From Gemmatimonadota bacterium (lineage in GTDB: Bacteria > Gemmatimonadota > Gemmatimonadetes > Longimicrobiales > Gaopeijiaceae): a stretch of DNA of 64,000 nt. Positions 43,754 to 50,914 of this stretch are shown in pieces. The notes beneath the pieces are model-generated. The model was not told the origin of the DNA. It searched no databases and saw only the letters and a list, made by a program, of their open reading frames with translations. Both the position numbers and the translations under genes were made by a program. Each line of letters begins with the position of its first letter. Position 1 is the stretch's first letter. The DNA is taken from assembly GCA_003248075.1 (NCBI GenBank), contig QJYK01000207.1:4603-68602 (forward strand). The letters run 5' to 3'.

Positions 43754-44266
43754 TCAGCGCACCTCCAGCGACCGGCCTGCCGTGTCGAGCGTGACGAGCA
43801 CGACCCGCCCGGAGATGGCCGTCACGGTCCCGCGCCACTCGAGCGAGGGGGCTCCCGGCGGGAGCTGGGCACCTCCGCCCGAAAGCGGGAGGTAGGCGAC
43901 GTCCAGGGCCCGTGGACCGGGGTCGAGCCCCAGCTCCCGGAAGACATACATGGGCCGGTCGGCCCGCGCACCCGACGCGACCACGGTGTCGCGGATGAGC
44001 TCCCGCCCGTCCACCGCGACGGTCAGGCTGTACGGAAGCGTCCCGCCCGAGCACACGGTGGGGGTGCGCATGTGGGTCGGAAGCCTCGCCAGCTCCTCCT
44101 CCGTCCGGGGTCGGCAGGACGCCACCGAAACGGGGTCGAGCCGCCACGACAGGCGCAGCGAAGACTCGTCGGGTCCGCGCAGCGACAGGGGCACTCGGGA
44201 CAGGAACGCGGTCCCGGCCACCAGGCCGAGAGCCACCGCGACACCGACGGGCGTGCGAGCCGTCAT
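43754..44266 (-). CDS. membrane-anchored protein, unknown function, translationally coupled to the cytochrome b fusion gene
   Basis: ATG 44266 overlaps the upstream stop (ATGA). 'MTARTPVGVAVALGLVAGTAFL' anchor. No family recognised. Confidence 0.6.
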   Translation of the reverse strand: MTARTPVGVAVALGLVAGTAFLSRVPLSLRGPDESSLRLSWRLDPVSVASCRPRTEEELARLPTHMRTPTVCSGGTLPYSLTVAVDGRELIRDTVVASGARADRPMYVFRELGLDPGPRALDVAYLPLSGGGAQLPPGAPSLEWRGTVTAISGRVVLVTLDTAGRSLEVR

Positions 44267-45897
44267 CCGACCTCCGCGGCGGATGCCTCCGGCACCTCGC
44301 ACTCGGCCTCCACGTCGATGCGCTCCTCGGCGGTGGCCCTGGCGAGTCTCTTCACCTCCGCTCGGAACCCGTTCAGGGCCGCGGCCACGCGCAGAGGCTC
44401 AGCTTCGGCGGCGTACACAATGCGTACTCGCGCCCGATCCACGCGCTCCTTGAGCTCGGCCTCCCTCCCCTGGTGGACGCGGGCCTCCAGGTAGCCCACG
44501 CCCTCGCGGTTCCAGCAGTCCCGCGGCGGACATGCGACCAGAAGGACCCCGCCGGCGCCCGCGCGCACCAGGTACTCGATGACCGAGGTGTGGACGCTGC
44601 CCGAGCACGATACGGGCAGGACCGGCGCGTCGAGGAAGCGTTCCTCACGCGCTGCGCCGCCCGACCCGCGATCGCAAGCTACCAGCACGATGTCGTCCGC
44701 CCCAGGGCGGACGTGGTCGAGGAACGCGCGCACGCGCTCCAGCTGATCCCGCCCCGTGCGTCCCGGGGGTCCGACGCCCATGGGTGCACACGAACCCGCG
44801 CAGATGCCGCAGCTCACGCACAGCCCCGGGTCCACACGGGCCACCCAACCGTCGCGACCGTCGGAGCGCCGTACCATGGCGATCGCCTCGTACGGACAAT
44901 CGTGGTAGCACTGCTCACACCCCGTGCAGAAGCGCTCGTTGACGACCGATGCAGGCGGCCGGCGCCGGCGCGTCGGACGCGTCAGGAGCGGGACAGCGGC
45001 AAGGATTCCGACCACGAGCAACCCCAGGAGCCACACCCACCCGGCACCGAGCGGCCGGGTGAACGGCAGCCAGAACCCGTACAGGACGTCGAAGGGCACC
45101 CGTCCCGGGAGCGCGAGCAGGTCGGCCTCCGGCGCCACCCCGATGGGCCACGCCACGGAAGCCACCAGGAGCAGGGCCACTGCGCCCCGCAGCAGGGCGC
45201 GGGGGGGGAGCAGCGACGCCCTCGCGAGGCGGGAGACATGGATCCACAGCAAAAGCGCGACGCCCACGGGAAGCGCGATGTGGGCGAAGAGATTCAGGAA
45301 GAAGAACGCCGGGGGCATCGGCCGCTCTCCCACGAACGCGCGGGAGATCGGCTCGGAGAAGATCGGAAGCGCATCGAGCCATCGCGCGCCTTCGGCGGCG
45401 AGCAGGTGCGCCTGCTCATCCCAGACCATCACGTATCCGGTCCAGCCGCAGAGCAGGAAGACGCAAAAGAGCGCGACGCCCGAGACCCACGCGAGGGCTC
45501 GCGGACCCCAGGCGCGTCCCTGGGCGAACATCCTCACGGCGTGCACCAGCGCGGCCACGAGCGCCACCGCGGACGCATAGCGGTGTAGCGTTCGGATCCA
45601 GCGTCCGGCCCAAACCTGCGCGGTGATCCCGGCTACCGAGGTGTGGGGGCTACCGATCCGGTAGAAGACCAACAGGTACAGGCCGCTCACGAGGAGCACC
45701 ACGAAGCTGGTGACCACCAGGGCGCCCGAGTGGTAGAGCGGATTGAGCCGCCACCCATAGAGGGCGTTCATCCATCCGTCGAGGCGCGCCAGCGTGCGTC
45801 GGCTACCCCCGCGGAGCAGGGTGATGGTGCGGTGCATCGAACGGGGTTCGGGAGAATCTGTCGGGTCCGCTGATTCTTGCGCGGGCCTATTTATCAT
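44263..45897 (-). CDS. fusion protein: dihaem cytochrome b (N-terminal) + 2x[4Fe-4S] ferredoxin + MvhD/FlpD-like domain
   Basis: His pairs 14 residues apart in two helices (TLHRY..LVHAV; FAHIA..WIHVS). 'CTGCEQCYHDCP' and 'CVSCGICAGSCAP'. 'IVLVACDRGSGG...VLPVSCSGSVHTSVIEYLVRAGAGGVLLVACPPRDCW'. The start may be ATG 45837 instead of 45897. Confidence 0.85.
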   Translation of the reverse strand: MINRPAQESADPTDSPEPRSMHRTITLLRGGSRRTLARLDGWMNALYGWRLNPLYHSGALVVTSFVVLLVSGLYLLVFYRIGSPHTSVAGITAQVWAGRWIRTLHRYASAVALVAALVHAVRMFAQGRAWGPRALAWVSGVALFCVFLLCGWTGYVMVWDEQAHLLAAEGARWLDALPIFSEPISRAFVGERPMPPAFFFLNLFAHIALPVGVALLLWIHVSRLARASLLPPRALLRGAVALLLVASVAWPIGVAPEADLLALPGRVPFDVLYGFWLPFTRPLGAGWVWLLGLLVVGILAAVPLLTRPTRRRRPPASVVNERFCTGCEQCYHDCPYEAIAMVRRSDGRDGWVARVDPGLCVSCGICAGSCAPMGVGPPGRTGRDQLERVRAFLDHVRPGADDIVLVACDRGSGGAAREERFLDAPVLPVSCSGSVHTSVIEYLVRAGAGGVLLVACPPRDCWNREGVGYLEARVHQGREAELKERVDRARVRIVYAAEAEPLRVAAALNGFRAEVKRLARATAEERIDVEAECEVPEASAAEVG

Positions 45898-45898
45898 A

Positions 45899-45910
45899 TC
45901 ATCATGATGA
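45899..45910. promoter_or_regulatory. perfect 12-bp palindrome TCATCATGATGA in an AT-rich island: candidate Rrf2 operator in a divergent promoter region
   Basis: 45887-45923 reads ctatttatcatatcatcatgatgaaatcaatctatcc in an otherwise very GC-rich window. It lies between divergent genes 44263..45897 and 45966..46409. Confidence 0.5.
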
Positions 45911-45965
45911 AATCAATCTATCCCCGGAGAGCCACGCGGCTCAAGCCATACAAGGGAGCACGGTC

Positions 45966-46409
45966 CTGATCCTCTCGCAGACCTCGATCTACGCGCTGAA
46001 GGCGGTCCACTATCTGGCGAAGGAAGAGCGCGCTCGACCGGTTCCCGTCGACGAGATGTCGGAGGCGCTCGGCATCCCCCGGAACTATCTGTCCAAGATC
46101 CTCCACGCGCTCGCCCGCGGGCGTCTGCTGGAGTCGACAAGAGGCCCGCGGGGCGGCTTCACGCTTGCCCGAGAGCCGGCTTCGATCGTGCTCCAGGAGG
46201 TGGTCGAGGTGTTCGACGATATCGGCAGCACCTCTCGATGCCTCCTTGGACGACCGCAGTGCAGCGATGGCAACCCCTGTCCGGTCCACGGGCGTTGGAA
46301 GGAGCTCTCGGGCTCCATGATGGCTTTTTTCCGCGACACCACCGTGCTCATGGACTCGGCCGTTCCCGAGCCGCCGAGCCCAGCAACCCGAGGAGGTCGT
46401 GATGGATGA
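45966..46409 (+). CDS. Rrf2-family (IscR/NsrR-like) Fe-S transcriptional regulator; apparent CTG start
   Basis: Listed ORF starts only at 46056 (MSEALGIPRNYLSKIL...). The same frame upstream encodes 'LILSQTSIYALKAVHYLAKEERARPVPVDE', which aligns with the Rrf2 N-terminus. There is no ATG/GTG/TTG in frame. AGGGAG (45953-45958) lies 7 nt before CTG 45966. Cluster ligands 'CLLGRPQCSDGNPCPVH'. Confidence 0.8.
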   Translation: MILSQTSIYALKAVHYLAKEERARPVPVDEMSEALGIPRNYLSKILHALARGRLLESTRGPRGGFTLAREPASIVLQEVVEVFDDIGSTSRCLLGRPQCSDGNPCPVHGRWKELSGSMMAFFRDTTVLMDSAVPEPPSPATRGGRDG

Positions 46410-46572
46410 TCCTCAGGCAGCCCCCCAGGGAGACACCCCGGTCCCCTTCCTCCAACGGATGTACGATCGCCCGTTCCTGCTCCTCGGGCTCGGGCTCACC
46501 GTCATGTTGGTCCTCTTCACCTTCTGGGGCCTATGGGAGATCGTCCGCCTTCCCACGGCCCCCCTGCCCTGA
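46402..46572 (+). CDS. 56-aa single-TM protein (possible oxidase subunit IIa analogue), below ORF-track cut-off
   Basis: My translation: GGAGG, 6 nt, then ATG 46402 gives MDDPQAAPQGDTPVPFLQRMYDRPFLLLGLGLTVMLVLFTFWGLWEIVRLPTAPLP. Overlaps the Rrf2 stop by 8 nt. The listed 98-aa ORF 46406..46702 is in another frame and is Arg/Ser/Pro-rich. Confidence 0.5.
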   Translation: MDDPQAAPQGDTPVPFLQRMYDRPFLLLGLGLTVMLVLFTFWGLWEIVRLPTAPLP

Positions 46573-46587
46573 CCCGGAGGGGCGACG

Positions 46588-47184
46588 ATGTACACGACCG
46601 GCATCACACCGCAGAAGGGTGTCTGGTGGAAGCCCGCTCACAAGAGCGAGAAGGTCTGGTTCACGATCGCGTTCGCATGGTGCATGGTGCTCTTCGCCAT
46701 GATGCCCTTCTGGCACCTGCGGGGAGGCCAGAACCCCTCGGGAACCCGCTCACGGGTCGACCCGGCGGCCTACCGCACCCGCGTTCAGGAGTTCGTCCAG
46801 CAGTATCAGGTCGCGACCGACAACGGCATCCCCGTGGTCGCGCCCCCGGCGGGAAGCGACATCTATCTGCAGGGGCAGATGTGGATGTGGCTGCCCGTGC
46901 TCCAGCTGGAGGAGGGGTCGGAGTACACGCTCCACCTGTCCTCGGTGGACGTGAACCACGGCTTCAACCTCTACCCCTTCAACATCAACTTCCAGGTCGT
47001 GCCGGGTTACGACTACGCCCTGCGCGTCACCCCCACCGAGGCCGGTGACTTCCGAGTCGTCTGCAACGAGTTCTGCGGAGTCCTCCACCACACCATGGTA
47101 GGCAGGATCATCGTCCGCGAGCGGGGCAGCTCGGCGGTTGCCGCGCTCCTCGGCTCGGACGTCGACAAGGGAGGCGACCGATGA
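46588..47184 (+). CDS. heme-copper oxidase subunit II, B-type (ba3-like), CuA site intact
   Basis: 198 aa. One TM. Cupredoxin 'LHLSSVDVNHGFNL' and 'FRVVCNEFCGVLHHTMVGRIIV' (H...CxExCGxxHxxM). Confidence 0.88.
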   Translation: MYTTGITPQKGVWWKPAHKSEKVWFTIAFAWCMVLFAMMPFWHLRGGQNPSGTRSRVDPAAYRTRVQEFVQQYQVATDNGIPVVAPPAGSDIYLQGQMWMWLPVLQLEEGSEYTLHLSSVDVNHGFNLYPFNINFQVVPGYDYALRVTPTEAGDFRVVCNEFCGVLHHTMVGRIIVRERGSSAVAALLGSDVDKGGDR

Positions 47185-48926
47185 GCACCACCACCGGCGC
47201 CCCCGCATCGGGCGCTTTCCGTGTCTGCCCCACCACGGGGCTCAAGGTCCACCGGGATGCCGACGCGCTCATCAAGGCGAACGCGGTAGTCGCCACCGTC
47301 GCGCTCCTGGTCGGCGGGTTGGCAGCGATCCTCGTGCTGCTCACGCGCTGGCAGGCGGTCCACCTCCTGGACGAGGTCTGGTTCTACCGCGTCCTGACCA
47401 TCCACGGGATGAACATGCTCATCTTCTTCATCCTGTTCTTCGAGATGGCGGTCCTGTACTTCGCTTCCGCGGTCCTGCTGAACTCCCGGGTGGCGGCACC
47501 CCGGGTCGGCTGGGTGGCGTTCGCGCTCATGGTCCTGGGCGCGGGCATGGTCGAGTGGACCATGTTTGCGGGAAAGGCGGACGTCCTCTTCACCTCGTAC
47601 GTGCCCCTGCGGGCCCATCCCCTCTTCTACCTGGGTGTGATCCTCTTCGCAGTCGGCGCCCTGGTCGTGGTGAGCATCTTCTTCGCGACCCTCGTCGTGG
47701 CGAAGAACGAGCGCACGTACGAGGGGTCGGTCCCGCTCGTCACGTTCGGCGCAATCACCGCCGCCATCATCGCGGTGATCACGCTGGTGCACGGCGCGGC
47801 GATCTACATCCCTACCTTCCTGTGGTCGTTGGACCTCATGCCCATGGACGCCGAGGTCTACCGCATGGTGTGGTGGGGGCTCGGCCATTCCTCGCAGCAG
47901 ATCAACGTGGCCGCCATGGTGGCGATCTGGTACCTGCTCGGCGCGCTCACCGTAGGTGCCGTCGTGGTGAACGAGAAGATCAGCCGCACGGCCTTCGTGC
48001 TCTACATCCTCTTCATCTCGATGGCGTCGGCCCACCACCTCCTGGTGGATCCCGGCTTCGGCCCGGCCTGGAAGATCGTCAACACGTCGTATTTCATGTA
48101 CATGGCGGTGCTCGCCTCCATGTTGCACGGCTTCACCGTGCCCGCAGGCGTGGAGCTCGGCATGCGGCTCCGGGGGTTCACGCAGGGCGTGTTCGGGTGG
48201 CTGCGGAGGGCGCCCTGGGGTGATCCCGGGTTCAGCGCCCTGGTCCTCTCGGTGGTTGTCTTCGGCTTCGTCGGAGGCATCACCGGCGTGACCTTCGGAA
48301 CCGAGCAGATCAACATCATCGCGCACAACACGCTGCGGATCCCCGGGCACTTTCACGCGACGGTGGTCAGCGGCACCGCGATGGCCTTCATGGGCATCAC
48401 CTATTACGTGATCCCGCTGATCTTCCGTAAGCGCGTGGCCTTCTACGGGATGGCACGGTGGCAGCCCTACGTGTTCGCGGTCGGCATGCTCATCTTCTCC
48501 ATGGCGATGACATTCGCCGGTACGTTCGGCGTTCCGCGCCGCCACTGGGACATCACGTTCACCAACGCGCCGTTCGACGTGGCTTACTCGCCGGCCGTCG
48601 ACCTCATGATCGGCGTGATGGCGGTCGGAGGACTCCTCGCGGCGCTGGGAGGCGGGATGTACATCCTGGTCACCGTGTGGTCGGTCTTCTTCGGCAAGCC
48701 CTTGGGTGAGGACTGCACAGACGCGGCGCTGGCAGGCTCGGTGCCCCCGGGCGTGTATGCACGCCCGTTCCTCGAGCTCCCCGAGGAGGATGTGGCAGTG
48801 GAGGTCCACGGAAGGCTCGGGACCATGCCCGGCACGATGGTCCTCGTGCTCGTGTTCCTGGCGGCTTTCGTGCTCTACTACTTCGCGAACTGGAAGCTGC
48901 TCTCCTTCGTCTGGCGGGTCGGTTGA
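47181..48926 (+). CDS. heme-copper oxidase subunit I, B-type-like, lacking the active-site Tyr (candidate NO reductase-type enzyme)
   Basis: 581 aa with ATGA overlap with subunit II. Six canonical His are present ('LTIHGMNMLIFF', 'WWGLGH', 'MASAHHLLV', 'RIPGHFHATVV'), but helix VI reads GHSSQQ, not GHPxVY. The 598-aa minus ORF 47013..48809 is an antisense shadow. Confidence 0.9.
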   Translation: MSTTTGAPASGAFRVCPTTGLKVHRDADALIKANAVVATVALLVGGLAAILVLLTRWQAVHLLDEVWFYRVLTIHGMNMLIFFILFFEMAVLYFASAVLLNSRVAAPRVGWVAFALMVLGAGMVEWTMFAGKADVLFTSYVPLRAHPLFYLGVILFAVGALVVVSIFFATLVVAKNERTYEGSVPLVTFGAITAAIIAVITLVHGAAIYIPTFLWSLDLMPMDAEVYRMVWWGLGHSSQQINVAAMVAIWYLLGALTVGAVVVNEKISRTAFVLYILFISMASAHHLLVDPGFGPAWKIVNTSYFMYMAVLASMLHGFTVPAGVELGMRLRGFTQGVFGWLRRAPWGDPGFSALVLSVVVFGFVGGITGVTFGTEQINIIAHNTLRIPGHFHATVVSGTAMAFMGITYYVIPLIFRKRVAFYGMARWQPYVFAVGMLIFSMAMTFAGTFGVPRRHWDITFTNAPFDVAYSPAVDLMIGVMAVGGLLAALGGGMYILVTVWSVFFGKPLGEDCTDAALAGSVPPGVYARPFLELPEEDVAVEVHGRLGTMPGTMVLVLVFLAAFVLYYFANWKLLSFVWRVG

Positions 48927-49819
48927 CCAGCACGTTGACCAGGGCCGAGCGGTGGGCCCTCACGGCCCTGGGGTTTCTGGTGGCGGTCACAGCGGCGTGG
49001 TGGGCGCTCGCCCTGTGGCCGCTGCCGGACGCGCCGCCGGCGTGGCTGGAGCGGACCCGCGCCGTATGCTTCAACGCGGGCCCGACGGGTCTCCCCGACC
49101 CGTCGGGGTGGATCCTGTTGGTGGGACAGCCGCTGGGGATGCTCGGGACTCTGCTGGCCGGGTGGAAGACCGACGTCCTGTCCGCGCTGCGCGTGCTCGG
49201 GCGGTCGTGGTCAGGGCGTTCCGCCATGGGGACGGTGGCGATCGCGGTCGTGTTCGGCGCGGGGGCGGCCGCTACTCGCGTCGCCACGGCCCGCCAGCCG
49301 TCGGCCGGGCTGACAGATGCGGGGGACGTCCCGCCCACCTACCCGCGCCTCGACCGCCCGATTCCCGACATGTCGGGGCTGGTCGACCAGAAGGGACGGC
49401 CCTTCGAGCCGAGTGCCCTGAGTGGCCGTGCGGCTCTGATCACCTTCGGGTACGGTCATTGCGAGACCGTATGCCCGCTCCTGGTGCGCTCGGCCCTGCA
49501 GGTGCGGGACGGGCTCCTCGACCAGCGCCCCCTGACCGTGGTGACGATCACGCTCGACCCGTGGCGGGACACGCCGTCGCGCCTGCGGGCGATCGCGGAC
49601 ACGTGGGGGCTGGGCGCCGGGGACGTTCTCCTCGGCGGCGACGTCGACGCGGTCGAGGCGGCCCTGGACGCCTGGGACGTGCCACACACCCGGGACGAGC
49701 GGACCGGGGAAGTGATCCATCCCGCCCTGACCTATCTCGTCGAACCGGACGGGACGGTCGCCTACGCGTCGACGGGGGGCCCGAGCCAGCTCCGAGCGCT
49801 AGCGCTCCGGCTCAGGTAG
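48923..49819 (+). CDS. SCO1/SenC-type copper chaperone fused to an N-terminal three-TM domain
   Basis: TTG start overlapping the subunit I stop. Three TM-like segments in residues 1-125. SCO fold 'ALITFGYGHCETVCPLL' (CxxxC) and 'GEVIHPALTYLVEPDG' (conserved His). Confidence 0.8.
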   Translation: MTSTLTRAERWALTALGFLVAVTAAWWALALWPLPDAPPAWLERTRAVCFNAGPTGLPDPSGWILLVGQPLGMLGTLLAGWKTDVLSALRVLGRSWSGRSAMGTVAIAVVFGAGAAATRVATARQPSAGLTDAGDVPPTYPRLDRPIPDMSGLVDQKGRPFEPSALSGRAALITFGYGHCETVCPLLVRSALQVRDGLLDQRPLTVVTITLDPWRDTPSRLRAIADTWGLGAGDVLLGGDVDAVEAALDAWDVPHTRDERTGEVIHPALTYLVEPDGTVAYASTGGPSQLRALALRLR

Positions 49820-49846
49820 CCCGCCGCCCGGCCAGGGGGTCCGGCG

Positions 49847-50770
49847 TTACCGACCGCCCCGCGCCCGATCCCGCTTGTCGCGCGGAATGTCCACCTGCCC
49901 CCCGATCCCCGAGTAGCGGATGCCACCGCTGCCATCCCGGCCCACGCGGAAATCCCCTCGGACGTCGCGTACCGAGATCGAGCCGGAGCCGTCCGAATCG
50001 ATGACCACGTCGCGCTGGACCTCGAAGACCGAGATGGAGCCAGAGCCATCGCGTACGCGAACCGTGCCGAGCACGTCCGTCACGTCCACCTCTCCCGAGC
50101 CGTCCTCGATCTCCACGTCGCCCGAGACACCTCTCACGTCGATCTCCCCCGACGAGTCGTCGATCCAGAGCGGGCCCTCGACCTGCCTCACGAGAATTGA
50201 CCCCGAGGAGTCGTCGATGCGCGTCTCGCCGGTGCCCCCGACCTCCATCGAGCCCGACGAATCGTCGATGTCGACCGCCATGTGCAGCGGCACCTCCACG
50301 ACCAGATCCAGACGGGCGTACTCGTTGTCCCACCCCCGGGACCGATCGGGGTAGTGGGCCGACAAGACCACGTCGCGATCGACCCTCTCCAGCGTGAGCG
50401 TCAGCTCGTCCAGAGCTCGCTCGTCGGAAGCGCAGGCGCGTGCCACCGCCTGCACCCGGGTCAGGCCCTCACGCCCCTGCACGGAGAGCTCGCCCGACCC
50501 TGCCGACAGCCGCAGCCACTCGTCCGCCGAAGCCGCCAAGGCGACCCGCCGCTCCGCCTCGAAGTCGCAGCGGCCGTTTCGCGCCAACACCGAGATGTCG
50601 ACGTCGACGTCGATATCCACCGGGTCCAGCTTCGTGGCCTGCGCGGTCACGTCCAGTCGGGTCGCGCCGTCCGACACCTCGCCCGCGAACAGGCCCATCG
50701 CCCAGCCGCCACCGACGCCGAGCGCGCCGAATCCCAGGAACATCGTCGTCAGCTTCAATCCTCGAATCAT
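49847..50770 (-). CDS. DUF4097-like beta-strand-repeat (putative adhesin-fold) protein, membrane-anchored
   Basis: GGAGGA, 8 nt, then ATG 50770 (alternative start 50812). 'MIRGLKLTTMFLGFGALGVGGGWAMGLF'. Repeats 'IDDSSGSMEV / IDDSSGSILV / IDDSSGEIDV / IEDGSGEVDV / VRDGSGSISV / IDSDGSGSISV'. Listed ORF 49847..51475 is over-extended. Confidence 0.75.
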   Translation of the reverse strand: MIRGLKLTTMFLGFGALGVGGGWAMGLFAGEVSDGATRLDVTAQATKLDPVDIDVDVDISVLARNGRCDFEAERRVALAASADEWLRLSAGSGELSVQGREGLTRVQAVARACASDERALDELTLTLERVDRDVVLSAHYPDRSRGWDNEYARLDLVVEVPLHMAVDIDDSSGSMEVGGTGETRIDDSSGSILVRQVEGPLWIDDSSGEIDVRGVSGDVEIEDGSGEVDVTDVLGTVRVRDGSGSISVFEVQRDVVIDSDGSGSISVRDVRGDFRVGRDGSGGIRYSGIGGQVDIPRDKRDRARGGR

Positions 50771-50914
50771 CACCCCGATCCTCCCGCGCGATTGGGCCGT
50801 ATCGTCCGTCATGCCCTTTGGACGGCGGTGCCGGGGGACGGGTTGGAACGTGTGCGCCCCCACTGCGGTTAAAGGAGGGTTCCGTCGCTCCGTTTGCCCA
50901 GAAAGGGATCCCCC

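Noticed and set aside
46406-46702. Listed 98-aa ORF after the Rrf2 gene
   Set aside because: Ser/Arg/Pro-rich. The adjacent frame gives an SD-preceded single-TM peptide (46402..46572), and the subunit II gene starts at 46588.
47013-48809. 598-aa minus-strand ORF
   Set aside because: Antisense to oxidase subunit I. His/Arg/Asp/Glu-rich low-complexity translation, while the plus frame carries all HCO motifs.
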